Origin: an uncultured Verrucomicrobia subdivision 3 bacterium
GTDB taxonomy: Bacteria > Verrucomicrobiota > Verrucomicrobiia > Limisphaerales > UBA11358
Reading direction: 5' to 3'
Assembly: GCA_903850425.1 (NCBI GenBank)
Contig: CAINLR010000056.1
Span: forward strand, 1,918-65,917
Length of the DNA: 64,000 nt
Below are positions 37,452-49,559 of the stretch, piece after piece. Position 1 is the stretch's first letter, and every line of letters begins with the position of its first letter. Under the pieces are notes generated by a model. It did no database searches. It had not been told where the DNA came from and was given only the letters and a program-made list of their open reading frames with translations. The position numbers and the translations under genes are program-made.

Positions 37452-38801
37452 TCATCGGACCTGGGCTTCCGCCTTTTTCAGTTCCACCGCGTAGGCTTGG
37501 TTCGCGCCGCTCATATTGCTGCGGAAGATGAGCCACTTCATGTCGGGCGAAAACATCCCGTTCGGTTCGAGCGCGTAGTCGTGCTTGGCCATGTTGACGA
37601 GACGTTCAGAACGGAAGACGCCCGTTTGAATCAAATTTTTAGTATCCACGTTGCCCGCCGATTTGTCTTCGATAAGTTCGGGGCGGAAGAGATAAAGCCA
37701 TTTCCCGTTGTCCGCGTGCGCAACCATTTTGTCATCCCCGCCGTCGCTGGAAAATAAGGTTCCGTCCGGCGAAACGTTGAAATGCACGCCCCATTCGTCG
37801 CGCGGGAGGTGATGCCAAGTGCGTTTGCCGCTCGCGATTCCGTAACCCGCGACCCAGAAATCTTCGCCGCGCGGCGTTTGCAAGTCATACCAAATCGTGT
37901 TGCCATCGCTGCTCCAGAATTCATGCCCGGCGATCTCCATGATCATCGTGCGTTGATGAATGAGCTTCAAATCCGAGCCGTCCGTGCGAATAGTCCAGAT
38001 GCGATCTACCTTGTGCCACGGGCCTTCGTGACAAAACAGCAGCAGCGTCGGGTCGGTCGGCGAAAATTGCAGATGGCCCAGCCAGTCAGTGCAGCGGTTG
38101 ACGCGCCGCGTCTCTTTCGTCGCGAGGTTGTAGAAAAAAAGTTCCATCGGATAATGCTTGGCCAGCCGCTGCTCCATCATCGTGCCCTTTTTGCCGCGTT
38201 GAATATCCTGCGTCTGGATGTCGTTGCGCCGGTTTGGGCCACCAGTGAAAAAATCATTTGTGCCCCAGTCGTTGCGCTCGGTGAACGTGCCGCCGAGCAG
38301 GGTTTCATCAGCATTGACCGTGGAAACTTCTTCGCCGCGATGCAGCTTGAGAATTTCCTCCACGACCTTGGTGTTCGGATCAATGCTGCCAACGAAGCGG
38401 TTGGTCACGCCGTTCTCTATTTTGGTTTCGCCGAAATAAATTTTCCCGGTCTTGCGCCCAACCATGATGATGTGCGTCCGGCCCTCGATGATTTTTTCCA
38501 CGGCCCGCGTGTCCAGGTTCACCATCGCAATGCCGTTCGACGACGTGATGACCATGCGTTTGCCGTCGGGCGTGAACGGATTCAGGTTGAAATAAAGGCT
38601 CTCGCTGCCTGGCTCGGTGGAAAGCTGCACCACGCGATAGCCGGTGTCGGCATCAATCCATTCGGTCGTTGGTGCGCCATGAGCCAGCCGGGTCAAGCCA
38701 GTGGCCAGCAGTCCCACGCACAGCGCAGCTCCAGCGAGTAACGGTTTGTGAGCTTTGGCGGATGATGGCAAAGGCATGACTGAATGACGGTTTGGAAACA
38801 T
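37452..38801 (-). CDS. oligogalacturonide lyase-like beta-propeller (PL22 family)
   Basis: WLGHLQFSPTDPTLLLFCHEGPWHKVDRIWTIRTDGSD, GHEFW and FSPDMKWLIFRSNMSGANQAYAVEL are colinear with Ogl (WLGHPIYRP..VAFCHEGPH..., THEFW, FTPDDKQILFTSD). A signal peptide follows ATG 38801; the start is uncertain. Confidence 0.7.
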   Translation of the reverse strand: MFPNRHSVMPLPSSAKAHKPLLAGAALCVGLLATGLTRLAHGAPTTEWIDADTGYRVVQLSTEPGSESLYFNLNPFTPDGKRMVITSSNGIAMVNLDTRAVEKIIEGRTHIIMVGRKTGKIYFGETKIENGVTNRFVGSIDPNTKVVEEILKLHRGEEVSTVNADETLLGGTFTERNDWGTNDFFTGGPNRRNDIQTQDIQRGKKGTMMEQRLAKHYPMELFFYNLATKETRRVNRCTDWLGHLQFSPTDPTLLLFCHEGPWHKVDRIWTIRTDGSDLKLIHQRTMIMEIAGHEFWSSDGNTIWYDLQTPRGEDFWVAGYGIASGKRTWHHLPRDEWGVHFNVSPDGTLFSSDGGDDKMVAHADNGKWLYLFRPELIEDKSAGNVDTKNLIQTGVFRSERLVNMAKHDYALEPNGMFSPDMKWLIFRSNMSGANQAYAVELKKAEAQVR

Positions 38802-38896
38802 GATTGGTTTCCTTCTTTTCGCACAATGCGGCCAGCGAGACAATCCACACAATTGACGATGCAGGGCTGGCAGTGGCGAAAAGTCTATCACTGGTA

Positions 38897-40366
<1,470 letters not shown>

Positions 40367-40406
40367 AATGTGATGCTTGACGAGTAATACGCGATCCGTG
40401 GCGTTC

Positions 40407-40562
40407 GGGGTGGAACCGGCTTCCAGCCGGTCGTTTCGGGCATCCTGCCCGAAACCCGGGCGCGCTGAACGTAGTCAATTCCAATGAGAACTTCCGCCCG
40501 CACCGCGCGCCGGGCAACCGGCAAGATGCCGGTTGCCACAGGCTGGAAACCTGTTCCACCCG
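40407..40562. repeat. inverted pair of ~57-nt GC-rich modules (GGTGGAAC..TTCCAGCC + hairpin)
   Basis: The left module is GGGTGGAACCGGCTTCCAGCCGGTCGTTTCGGGCATCCTGCCCGAAACCCGGGCGCG. The reverse complement of the right module is GGGTGGAACAGGTTTCCAGCCTGTGGCAACCGGCATCTTGCCGGTTGCCCGGCGCGCG. The pair lies between the DUF1501 start and the PSCyt stop. Confidence 0.6.
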
Positions 40563-40586
40563 CACAAATACAAGTATTCTTTGGGT

Positions 40587-43500
40587 TCATCGCTCCACGA
40601 AAAATTCGTCAAAGTTCATAATGGCGCTGACCATCAGCGTCGTGGCCGCGAAATCGGCCGCCGGCAGCGTCGCGTCCCATTTGGATTCGCCCGTGGCCAA
40701 CAGTTTCTTCGCGCCGGCTTGGTCTTTCGCGAACAGATTTTTCTGCTCCGCAAAAGCCTCACCAAGGATTTTTATCTCTGTTGCATCCGGCGCGCGGCCG
40801 ATCAATCTCTTGAACGCCAGTTGTGCGCGGGCGTTCACGTCATCGGGAAATTGCTTCAGCAACTTCTCCCCGAGCACCCGCGCAGCTTCGATGAATTGCA
40901 GGTCATTCAACAGCACGAGCGCCTGCAACGGCGTGGCGGTGGTTTCACGCTTGGCGGTGCAGACCTCGCGTGTGCCGGCGTCGAAGGTGAGCATTGACGG
41001 TGGCGGCGACGTGCGTTTCCAGAACGTGTAGAGGCTGCGGCGGTAAAGTTTATCACCGTGATCCTGCGTGTATTTCGCCCCGGTGCCGGACTGCTCCCAC
41101 AAGCCTTCGGGCTGATAGACCTTCACGCTCGGCCCGCCGATATTGGTCACGAGCAAACCGCTGGCCGCGAGCGCGCCGTCGCGGATTTCTTCCGCGAGCA
41201 AACGCGTTTTGGGCCCGCGTGCCAGGAGATGATTTTCCGGGTCGCGCTCCAGCAAATCTTTGGAAGCGTGCGAAGACTGCTGATAGGTGGCCGATGCAAC
41301 GATGAGCCGATGCAACGCTTTCACGTCCCAGCCATTGTTCACGAACCAGCCAGTGAGCCAGTCGAGTAATTCGGGATGCGACGGTAATTTCCCCTGACTG
41401 CCAAAGTCATCCGCTGTGGCCACGATGCCGCGACCAAAGTGCATTTTCCAAATGCGATTCACGACCACGCGCGCGGCGAGTGGATTTTGTTTTTCAACGA
41501 GCCAGTCCGCGAGACCGAGCCGGTTGCGCGGCGCGTTGGCGGGAAATTTCGGGAGCGCGGCGGGCGTGTCCGGCTGCACCACGTCGCCGGGCGCATCGTA
41601 AGCGCCACGCTTGAGCAGATGCGTTACGCGCCGCTGGGGCAATTCCTCCATCACCATGATTTCAGGCACATCGTTGACGAGCGCGTTTTCCTGCTCGCGC
41701 AAATTCTTCAACTCGGCGAGCGCGGTGCGAAACGGTTCGCTCTGGCGGGCAAGGAAGTAATCCAATGTTGCCGGAACGTCGAGCCCTGTCTTGGCCAGTT
41801 GATTATTGCTTTGAAAACTTGCCGAGCCGGTGCTCGGCGTTCCGGTCGCCAGCAACTTCACTTCCGGCTCCGTCAACGCTTGGTCGAAGACCTGCAAATC
41901 ATCAATCGCCCCATTTTTGAAACCGCTGTCGCGAAAACGGCCGGCCAGCGTGAGGTTGATCTTGCCGACTTCCGCATCGCCCCACTCGGCGCGATGCACA
42001 ATGTCCTTGTAAAGATGATCGCGCACGACTTCGGTTTCCAGTTTCGCGCCGTTGAAATAAATTTTAATTCCTGCGGCGCGACTGGAGCCGTCGTAAGTCA
42101 CGACCAGTTGCGACCACTCATTCGTCGGCAAAAAATTTTTTGCGCGCACGGCAATGGCATTGCCCGGCCAGAAATGGATCAGTCCGAAAAAAGGTTTTCC
42201 GTGATCCAGCACCAGTTCGTAACCGCGACTGCCGGAGTCCGACCAGGCGCGCGAATGATGCAGCACCACCGCGCGATCTTGCGCTTCGGCTGGCTTGAGC
42301 CACAGGCTGAAGGAAAACGAATCGGTGCGCTTAAAATCACCCACGCCTTTGCACACGACTTGGTTGTCGCCGCTGAATTGGAGGGCCTGACCCGCGTGGC
42401 CGGCAACCAGCCGTGGTTCGTCCTCCAAACGGGCCGGATTTGTTGAGACCTCATCCGGCGTCGTGTGGTTTTCCACCTTATCGAATGAGAAATGCGCCAC
42501 GGGCGTTGGCAGTTTCACTGTCGCCTCTTTTCGCCAAGCCGCAAAATCCTTGGCCGCCGACTGCGAAATTTCTCGCAACTCCGCCTCTTTGTCCGCGATC
42601 TGCTTATTCACCGCCGCGCGCTGCTTTTCATTTTCCGGCGAGGCGAGCAGCAGCGTTGGCGTCGGCGTGGCATGCGTGAAGTGGGAATACAGGCCCGATT
42701 CGTCAATGTTGTTGAAGAAGGCCGCGAGCGAATAGTAGTCGCGCTGCGTGAGCGGATCAAACTTGTGATCGTGGCAGCGGCAGCAGCCGACCGTGAGGCC
42801 GAGCATCGCGGTGCCGAACGTGTTCACGCGATCGGCGGCGTATTCGGCGCGGAACTCCTCTTCGATGCTGCCGCCTTCGTTGGTCTGGCGATGCAGGCGG
42901 TTGAAAGCCGTGGCAATTCTCTGATCGCGCGTCGCGTTGGGCAGGAGATCGCCCGCGAGCTGCCAGCGGAGAAATTCATCGTAGCGCAGATTCTCGTTGA
43001 AGGCGCGTATCACCCAGTCGCGCCAGGGCGACATGTCGCGATCCACGTCCGCCTGATAGCCGTAAGTGTCGGCGTAACGTGCCAGGTCGAGCCAGTCCAG
43101 CGCCATGCGTTCGCCATAGGCCGGCGAGTTCAAATATATTTCCACCGCGCGCGCGTAGGCATTGGGCGAATGGTCAGCCAGAAAAGCGTCCAGCGCCGCC
43201 GCGCTCGGCGGCAGGCCGGTGAGATCGAGCGCCAGCCGACGCAGCAACGTCGCGCGGTCGCCCGCCGGCGAGGGCGATAATTTCTCCGCCGCCAGTTTGG
43301 CGAGCACGAAGTCATCAATCGGATTTTTCACCCACGCTTTGTCCGGCACGACGGGCGGCTTCACTTTGCCCACCGGGATGAACGACCACAGCGGCTTGTA
43401 TTCGGCACCTTGTTCCACCCAGCGTTTGAGCAGGTCTTTTTCCGCGTCGGACAGGACGAGCTTGGATTTTTCGGGCGGCATCTGGTCGTCGTCCGTCGCA

Positions 43501-43781
43501 AAAATGCGGCGGATGAGTTCACTTTGGTTCGTGCGGCCCGGCTCCACGACCGACGAACCGTCCTCCAGCTTTTTGAAAAGACCCAGCTTGGTATCGAGCC
43601 GGAGATCCTTTTTGCGCGCCCGCGAATCCGGTCCATGACAGGTGTAACAACGGTCGGAGAGCAGTGGTCGGACTTGGAAATTGAAATCCACCTTCGCATC
43701 GCCGGCCAAGGCTGTGAACGTGGTCAGCCAGGCCGCCAGCAGCGTCGCGTGGCGGAAGAGTCGTTGGCTTGGGGAAATCAC
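40587..43781 (-). CDS. PSCyt1/DUF1549/DUF1553 protein with LamG-like insert (planctomycete cytochrome c domain family)
   Basis: N-terminal [21 protein letters not shown]1549-like [51 protein letters not shown], and a C-terminal DUF1553-like region. The central ~200 aa (SFSLWLKP...VVTYDG) is LamG/concanavalin-like. Confidence 0.85.
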   Translation of the reverse strand: MISPSQRLFRHATLLAAWLTTFTALAGDAKVDFNFQVRPLLSDRCYTCHGPDSRARKKDLRLDTKLGLFKKLEDGSSVVEPGRTNQSELIRRIFATDDDQMPPEKSKLVLSDAEKDLLKRWVEQGAEYKPLWSFIPVGKVKPPVVPDKAWVKNPIDDFVLAKLAAEKLSPSPAGDRATLLRRLALDLTGLPPSAAALDAFLADHSPNAYARAVEIYLNSPAYGERMALDWLDLARYADTYGYQADVDRDMSPWRDWVIRAFNENLRYDEFLRWQLAGDLLPNATRDQRIATAFNRLHRQTNEGGSIEEEFRAEYAADRVNTFGTAMLGLTVGCCRCHDHKFDPLTQRDYYSLAAFFNNIDESGLYSHFTHATPTPTLLLASPENEKQRAAVNKQIADKEAELREISQSAAKDFAAWRKEATVKLPTPVAHFSFDKVENHTTPDEVSTNPARLEDEPRLVAGHAGQALQFSGDNQVVCKGVGDFKRTDSFSFSLWLKPAEAQDRAVVLHHSRAWSDSGSRGYELVLDHGKPFFGLIHFWPGNAIAVRAKNFLPTNEWSQLVVTYDGSSRAAGIKIYFNGAKLETEVVRDHLYKDIVHRAEWGDAEVGKINLTLAGRFRDSGFKNGAIDDLQVFDQALTEPEVKLLATGTPSTGSASFQSNNQLAKTGLDVPATLDYFLARQSEPFRTALAELKNLREQENALVNDVPEIMVMEELPQRRVTHLLKRGAYDAPGDVVQPDTPAALPKFPANAPRNRLGLADWLVEKQNPLAARVVVNRIWKMHFGRGIVATADDFGSQGKLPSHPELLDWLTGWFVNNGWDVKALHRLIVASATYQQSSHASKDLLERDPENHLLARGPKTRLLAEEIRDGALAASGLLVTNIGGPSVKVYQPEGLWEQSGTGAKYTQDHGDKLYRRSLYTFWKRTSPPPSMLTFDAGTREVCTAKRETTATPLQALVLLNDLQFIEAARVLGEKLLKQFPDDVNARAQLAFKRLIGRAPDATEIKILGEAFAEQKNLFAKDQAGAKKLLATGESKWDATLPAADFAATTLMVSAIMNFDEFFVER

Positions 43782-44118
43782 GCCCGAAAAGTAACGCGCC
43801 GTGGCCGAAGTGCAAAGGGGGATTTCCTGTTCATTCGGGCGAAAGTGTTGTCACGCTGCGCTTGCCACCGCAGTCCAGGAAACGCTGGCGCGCGGGCCGA
43901 GGGCTCACGAATCGCGCGGAGCGTCTTGGACTGCGCCAGCCCTCTGGCGCTAATGGTGCGTGCCGGCGCGGCTGAGTTTTTCTTGGCTGCCAAGTGCCAC
44001 TCAATGTAGATCTGGCAACCCGCGACTGTCTTCTCAGCTAACTGGGGGTAAGCGACGCATCTCGCAGAAACCACGTTGCTGCGGCTGGTCTGCGACACAG
44101 CCGCGCTCCGTTGTTGCC

Positions 44119-45981
44119 TCACGGCTTTTTCAAGCGGAAGAATTGGTTTGTGTTTGCGCGGCCGTTGGTGATGGTGAAAGTCTTGGTCCCGCCTTGATCC
44201 ACTATGCCGGACGTGACCGCCTGCCACTGCACCGGTGGATTCAGCGACGCCGTTTGCTCCAGCGTGAAAAACGCCGCTGCCGCCGGCCAGTTCACCGTCG
44301 TTGTGCCGACCGAACCGCTACCGCCGCCGCTCGGATTAGTGGCGACTCCCAGCATCGGAGCGGCCTGACCGGTGGCACCAATGCCGATGCCGCTGGAAAA
44401 TTCCGACGTGTTGCCGCTCGCGTCCGTGGCGGTGGCGGTGATCAGCAGATTGGTGGCGGGTGCTGTGGCCAAGGCCGCGCTGAAATTGGCGATCCCGTTG
44501 GCGTCGGTGTTGACGCTGGCCGTGCCGAGAAATGTCCGGCCTTCGGGCACGTTGGTGTTATCCCAATTGGGCGTGGCAAAAAATTCCAACCGATAGGACG
44601 CGCCAGGCTGGCTGTTCAAGGTGCCTTGCACGGTCAACGCGCCAAACGCGATGAGGGCATTGGTCAGCACCGGGAAGTTTTGCAGGCCGTTCGCGCCGGT
44701 GTCCGCATCGAGCAGGTCGTTCGTGTTGATGCCCGTGGGCGAAAGATCAATGGCCAGCCCGCCGTTGTCGTAAATGCTGTTCGCGGAAATTTCGTTTTGC
44801 ACCGCCGTGGTGGAAGTGACTTCCACGCCCGCGCCACCGTTGAACAGAATCGTGTTCGCCTGATTCGCACTGAGTCCACCGATGCGATTGGTGCTGCCGG
44901 AGATGGTGACGCCGGCACCGGCGTTGCCGAGCGAACGGCTGGCGCTGCCGTCCGTGCCAATCCAGTTGTTCTCCACCACCGAGCCGGTCGAGCCTGCGAG
45001 ATTGAGGCCATTGGCGCGGTTGTTGGCAATCTGATTGCCGAGAATACGCGTGCCCGTGCTGCCGGTCACATATACGCCATCCGAGATGTTGCCCAAGTCA
45101 TATTGCCCGCTGACATCGGTGCCGATGCGATTGCCTTGTATGAGCGTGTTGGGGCAGGCTTGCACGCTCACGCCGGTGCCGCCCGCCGCCGTGGAAGCCG
45201 CGAGGACGTTGCCCGCGCCAACCGCTGGCCCGCCGATGATCGTGTTGGTGGGACCGGAAAAAAGATAAATGCCGCCAAACTTGTTGCCGCGCGGCAGCGT
45301 GCCGCTGGGATCGGTGCCGATGAAGTTGCCCTGCACCACCGCGCCAATCGTCGTGCCGCCGCTGACGTAGATGCCGTGCCAGTTGCCGGAGATCACATTC
45401 CGATCTGCCGGCGCGGTCCCGCCAATAATGACATTGGCCATCGGGTTGAAAAAAGAGCTCACGTAAATACCGTCGAACGTGGTGCCCCGCGCCACGCCAT
45501 CCACGTCCATGCCCACCCAGTTGCCCGCGATGGTGATGTTCGGGGCTTCGTTGATCTTGATGCCGTAGTAAAAACGAATCAGGCACAGGCCGCGCACGGA
45601 ACTGCCGCTGGCACCGGCGCCGGAAAAGTTCAGACCCGTGGGCGAAGTGTTGGAAAATTTGTAGCCATCCAAACGGATCAAAATCGCTGCATTGTCACCA
45701 TTGACCAGCGAATTGGCGCTGCTGCCGGGCTGCGAATAGCCGTTGATAACGACGGTATTGGTTATGTCCGGCAGCGCATTGGTCAGTCCGATCGTCTGCA
45801 TGCCGCTGCCGGGAAGATTAAAGTTGATCGTATCGGCACCGGGATTGGCGTTGGCGTCCAAGATGGCCTGCCGCAGGGAACCAGGCCCGTTATCACCGAG
45901 GTTGGTGACCGTTAAGACGGCGGCGGAAGCGGCGGAAGCAAGAGTCGAGAAAATCAAGCTCAGGATTGTTTTCATAGGCAA
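44119..45981 (-). CDS. secreted right-handed parallel beta-helix repeat protein with C-terminal FFRL-type domain
   Basis: Signal peptide, then VTNLGDNGPGSLRQAILDANANPGADTINF and many G-N-x-I-G/I-x-G-N beta-helix rungs. The C-terminus ends NQFFRLKKP. Confidence 0.75.
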   Translation of the reverse strand: MPMKTILSLIFSTLASAASAAVLTVTNLGDNGPGSLRQAILDANANPGADTINFNLPGSGMQTIGLTNALPDITNTVVINGYSQPGSSANSLVNGDNAAILIRLDGYKFSNTSPTGLNFSGAGASGSSVRGLCLIRFYYGIKINEAPNITIAGNWVGMDVDGVARGTTFDGIYVSSFFNPMANVIIGGTAPADRNVISGNWHGIYVSGGTTIGAVVQGNFIGTDPSGTLPRGNKFGGIYLFSGPTNTIIGGPAVGAGNVLAASTAAGGTGVSVQACPNTLIQGNRIGTDVSGQYDLGNISDGVYVTGSTGTRILGNQIANNRANGLNLAGSTGSVVENNWIGTDGSASRSLGNAGAGVTISGSTNRIGGLSANQANTILFNGGAGVEVTSTTAVQNEISANSIYDNGGLAIDLSPTGINTNDLLDADTGANGLQNFPVLTNALIAFGALTVQGTLNSQPGASYRLEFFATPNWDNTNVPEGRTFLGTASVNTDANGIANFSAALATAPATNLLITATATDASGNTSEFSSGIGIGATGQAAPMLGVATNPSGGGSGSVGTTTVNWPAAAAFFTLEQTASLNPPVQWQAVTSGIVDQGGTKTFTITNGRANTNQFFRLKKP

Positions 45982-46084
45982 GGATGATGTGACTTTGACC
46001 GTAGAATAAAAAGCGCGGTCGGTTATGCAAGCGCGTTTTCGCCAACGAACTGCTGCCGGGCCAACTCACTTGACCGCAATCTTT

Positions 46085-46234
46085 CATTAGCGCCGGGCTT
46101 CAGCCCGGTGGGCGCAGGCGCTCGGAATCCCCAGCCGTTTCAACGGCTTTGAGGCGGCTGGTATGGAAAACGGTTGAAACCGTTTTTGTATTCTCGGCGT
46201 GCTTTTTTCACCGGGCTGAAGCCCGGTGCTAATG
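46085..46234. repeat. MITE-like element with 26-bp terminal inverted repeats
   Basis: CATTAGCGCCGGGCTTCAGCCCGGTG (46085-46110) pairs with the reverse complement of 46209-46234 (CATTAGCACCGGGCTTCAGCCCGGTG), 25 of 26 identical. Each TIR is itself a hairpin. Two further internal palindromes are AGCCGTTtcAACGGCT and AAAACGGTTgaAACCGTTTT. Confidence 0.7.
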
Positions 46235-46343
46235 AGACACATGACTGCGCAAGGAACGGGCCTGAAAACTCGGCTGCCACATTAAAAAGCGGAACCGCCG
46301 CGTTCAGCGACGGTTCCGTGGTGAAGGAAGTGTTGCTTGGAAA

Positions 46344-48626
46344 TTAGATGCCCGGCGGGCGATCGGCCGGCGCGGAACCGAAATCCTTATTCGGCGTCGG
46401 CCCCATGGTCAACACGAGTTTGCCGCCGGCGGTGATTTCCGTGTGCGTGATCCAACTGCGCGTGATGGGCTTGCCATTGAGCGTGGCGGATTGGATGTAA
46501 GGATTTGCCGTGGAATTATTCTTCGCCACCACCGTGAAGCTTTGGCCCTTGGTATATTTGGAATCCAGCTTGAGCGTCACTTGATCCACGAGCGGGCTGC
46601 CGAGAATATAAACGCCGCTGGTCGGGTCCACCGGATAAAAGCCCAGCGCGCTGAACACATACCACGCGGAGGTCTGGCCGCAATCATCATTGCCGCAGAT
46701 GCCGCCGGGCGTGTTGGTGTAGAACATCGTGGCGAGCTGCCGGACGCGAACCTGCGTTTTCCATGGCTGGCCCGCGTAGTTGTAAAGATAGGAGACGTGA
46801 TGGTCCGGCTCGTTGCCGTGCGAATACATGCCGATGACGCCAGTGACATCGGGAATCATTTTCAAGTTCGGAATCTCCCGCTTCGTGTCAAACATCTCGT
46901 CGAGCCGGCTGACGAATTTTTCGTCGCCGCCGAGTTTCTCGATCAGGCCGGGCACGTTGTGCAGCACGAAGAAGTTGTATTGCCACGCGTTGGCCTCGGT
47001 GTATTCGTTGAAGTTGATGCTGTCCGTGGCCTTGTCATCGAACGGCGTGAGCCAACTGCCGTCGGCATTTTTGCCGCGCATGAAGCCGGTGGAGGGATCG
47101 AACACGTTCTGCCAGTTCTGCGAACGCTGGGCGTATTTGTCGGCCACGTCATTTTTTCCCAGCGCGCGGGCTAGGCGCGCAATGCAGGAATCGTCGTAGG
47201 CATATTCCAGCACCTTGGAAACGGTCTGCGCGTCTTTGCGGGTGGCGATGAAACCCTTGTCGCGATATTCATCCAACTGCTCACGGTTCTTGTCCGTCGC
47301 AGCGATCATGTCGGTGAGCGCTTCCTCGGCGTTCCATTTGCGGAACCCCTTCGCGTAAGCCTCGGAGATGACGGGAATGGCGTGGTTGCCGATCATGCAC
47401 CAGTTCTCCTTGCCGCTCTCGGTCCAGACTGGCAGGGTATTCTGACCAAAAATTTTGTAGTGTTCCAGCATCGTGGTGATGTGGTCATTCACGCGCTGCG
47501 GTTGCACCAAGGTCAGCAGCGGATTCTCCGCGCGGAACGTGTCCCAGAGCGAAAACTCCGAGTAATAATCATAGCCCTGGGCCTGATGCACCTTTCCATC
47601 CGGGCCGCGAAACTGGCCGTCCACGTCGTTCAAAATCGTGGGCGCGAGCAGCGTGTGATAAAACGAGCTGTAGAAAGTTTCCTTGAGATTGTCGTCCTTG
47701 GTTTCGATGACAAACTTGCTCAGGGCCTTGTCCCACTCCTGACGCGCGGCCTTGGCGATGCCGTCAAAGTTCCAATTGGAAACCTCAGCGTGCAGATTTT
47801 TGCGCGCACCTTCCACGCTGACCGTGGAAATGCCCACCCGAACGAGAATCTGTTCCCCTGCCTTGGTTTTGAAATCAAAGTGACCTTTGGTTTCCTTGCC
47901 TTGGGTCCGCGTGCCGGCGACGTCTTTGTCGGCCTGCGCCACGCCGGACGAGGTGGACGGCTTGGAAAATTCCATCACGAAGTAATAAATCTTGTCGCCA
48001 CCCCAGCCTTCGCTGCGCCGGTAGCCGCTGGCCGTGCGGCTGTCCTCAATCACGAGTTGCGAATCGGTGACGCCGTTGCCGACGCCGTGCTGCAAATCAA
48101 TGATCACATGCGCGGCATCGGTGGCGGGAAACGTGTAGCGATGAAAACCGACTCGCGTTGTCGCCGTGAGTTCCACTTTCACCTGATAATCCGGCAGCAG
48201 CACCGAATAGTAGCCGGGGCTGGCCGTTTCGTCCGAATGCGAAAAGCGGGCGCGATAGCCTTCGCCCGGATTGGCCCCGGGCGTCAGTTTCAGCGCGCCG
48301 GTGGTCGGCATTAACAACACATTTCCCAGATCGGCGCAACCGGTGCCGGTGAGATGATTATGGGTAAATCCCAGGATGCTGCCGTCGGAATAATGATAGC
48401 CCGAGCTGCCGTCCCAAGTGTTGTCGCGCGTGTCTGGCGACAATTGCACGAGGCCGAACGGCACCGTCGCACCGGGATAGACGTGGCCGTGTTCCGCCGT
48501 GCCGATCATAGGATTCGCAAAATCCACGGCGGACTTGGCGAATCCGGGTGCGGCCAGCAAACACGGAGCGGCGAGGGCGATCCAGCGGAAGTTTTTCCAA
48601 CCAATATTAAGATAGTTTTTTTTCAT
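46344..48626 (-). CDS. GH92 family alpha-mannosidase
   Basis: Signal peptide, then ANPMIGTAEHGHVYPGATVPFGLVQLSPDT ... GFTHNHLTGTGCADLG, the GH92 N-terminal signature. 760 aa. Confidence 0.9.
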   Translation of the reverse strand: MKKNYLNIGWKNFRWIALAAPCLLAAPGFAKSAVDFANPMIGTAEHGHVYPGATVPFGLVQLSPDTRDNTWDGSSGYHYSDGSILGFTHNHLTGTGCADLGNVLLMPTTGALKLTPGANPGEGYRARFSHSDETASPGYYSVLLPDYQVKVELTATTRVGFHRYTFPATDAAHVIIDLQHGVGNGVTDSQLVIEDSRTASGYRRSEGWGGDKIYYFVMEFSKPSTSSGVAQADKDVAGTRTQGKETKGHFDFKTKAGEQILVRVGISTVSVEGARKNLHAEVSNWNFDGIAKAARQEWDKALSKFVIETKDDNLKETFYSSFYHTLLAPTILNDVDGQFRGPDGKVHQAQGYDYYSEFSLWDTFRAENPLLTLVQPQRVNDHITTMLEHYKIFGQNTLPVWTESGKENWCMIGNHAIPVISEAYAKGFRKWNAEEALTDMIAATDKNREQLDEYRDKGFIATRKDAQTVSKVLEYAYDDSCIARLARALGKNDVADKYAQRSQNWQNVFDPSTGFMRGKNADGSWLTPFDDKATDSINFNEYTEANAWQYNFFVLHNVPGLIEKLGGDEKFVSRLDEMFDTKREIPNLKMIPDVTGVIGMYSHGNEPDHHVSYLYNYAGQPWKTQVRVRQLATMFYTNTPGGICGNDDCGQTSAWYVFSALGFYPVDPTSGVYILGSPLVDQVTLKLDSKYTKGQSFTVVAKNNSTANPYIQSATLNGKPITRSWITHTEITAGGKLVLTMGPTPNKDFGSAPADRPPGI

Positions 48627-48759
48627 AGGTGACGGATGGCGCTTAGACTAATTGAAGACAGGGGAAGAAGTCAGCGGAATTCGTGGAAGAAAAACCGGTG
48701 GGGGTTCCGAGGGCGAAGCGACTTTGTGGATTCGGCAGCGCGGCCCCAGCGTTCCCTGC

Positions 48760-49476
48760 CTACGGAACATTGATCCAGTTGGTCATGACGTTGTAGGCGA
48801 AGGTCATCTCGCCCGCCTGATAGCCTTTATACCATTTGGAATGGCCGTCGGCGAACATGATGTTCTGACCTTTGCTGTGCTTCTGCCAGTATTCGGTTAT
48901 CGAAGCATCGGCCGCACCACCGACGCAGTTTTGGGTGTAATCATCTTTGTCCGCATCCAGCGGATCAAAATTTAAGACCGCATTGGTCGTCTTGATTCCT
49001 GCCGTGTCACCGCCCAGCACAAACGCCGAGGGGAACCGGATGGCCGAAGCCTTGATCGCCCCAAAAGTCCGGTTGGCGACATAAGCAGCGTTGCAGCCGT
49101 TGAAATAATTGAACGGCCCGCGCAGTTCCGCCGGCAGTTGAATGTTGCCCGGGCACCGATATACATTCGTGGTGCCGACGTAGGAAACAATCTGCTCCAT
49201 CCAACTGTAATTCTGCGTGCCGGGATCTTTGACGCCCCAATAGACATTGCCGCCGGACACGGGATAGGAATCGCTGTTGTCATCAGCGAACATCCGCATG
49301 CCCAGGCCAATCTGATGGAGGTTGGAATTACAGGCCGTCGTCCATGCTTTCTGTTTGGCCGCGGAAAGCGCCGGCAACAGCATCGCCGCGAGGATTGCAA
49401 TGATGGCGATGACCACGAGCAATTCGATCAGCGTGAACGCCCGCGCACAAATTCTATTTTTGAATGAGACTTCCAT
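48760..49476 (-). CDS. prepilin-type N-terminal cleavage/methylation protein, H-X9-DG family (second paralogue)
   Basis: [25 protein letters not shown] and [14 protein letters not shown] (H-X9-DG). ATG 49476 is preferred over the track start 49506. Confidence 0.8.
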   Translation of the reverse strand: MEVSFKNRICARAFTLIELLVVIAIIAILAAMLLPALSAAKQKAWTTACNSNLHQIGLGMRMFADDNSDSYPVSGGNVYWGVKDPGTQNYSWMEQIVSYVGTTNVYRCPGNIQLPAELRGPFNYFNGCNAAYVANRTFGAIKASAIRFPSAFVLGGDTAGIKTTNAVLNFDPLDADKDDYTQNCVGGAADASITEYWQKHSKGQNIMFADGHSKWYKGYQAGEMTFAYNVMTNWINVP

Positions 49477-49559
49477 GCCCAATTTCAGACGGAAGTTCCC
49501 CGGCAAGGTTTCAGATTAATTTCGGAACGCCGGGTGCCGCCCCGGTCCCGGGCGTTCCG

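Noticed and set aside
43960-45915. 651-aa + strand ORF
   Set aside because: It is antisense to the beta-helix protein, which has a signal peptide and regular rungs. The + frame is Arg/Ala/Gly noise.
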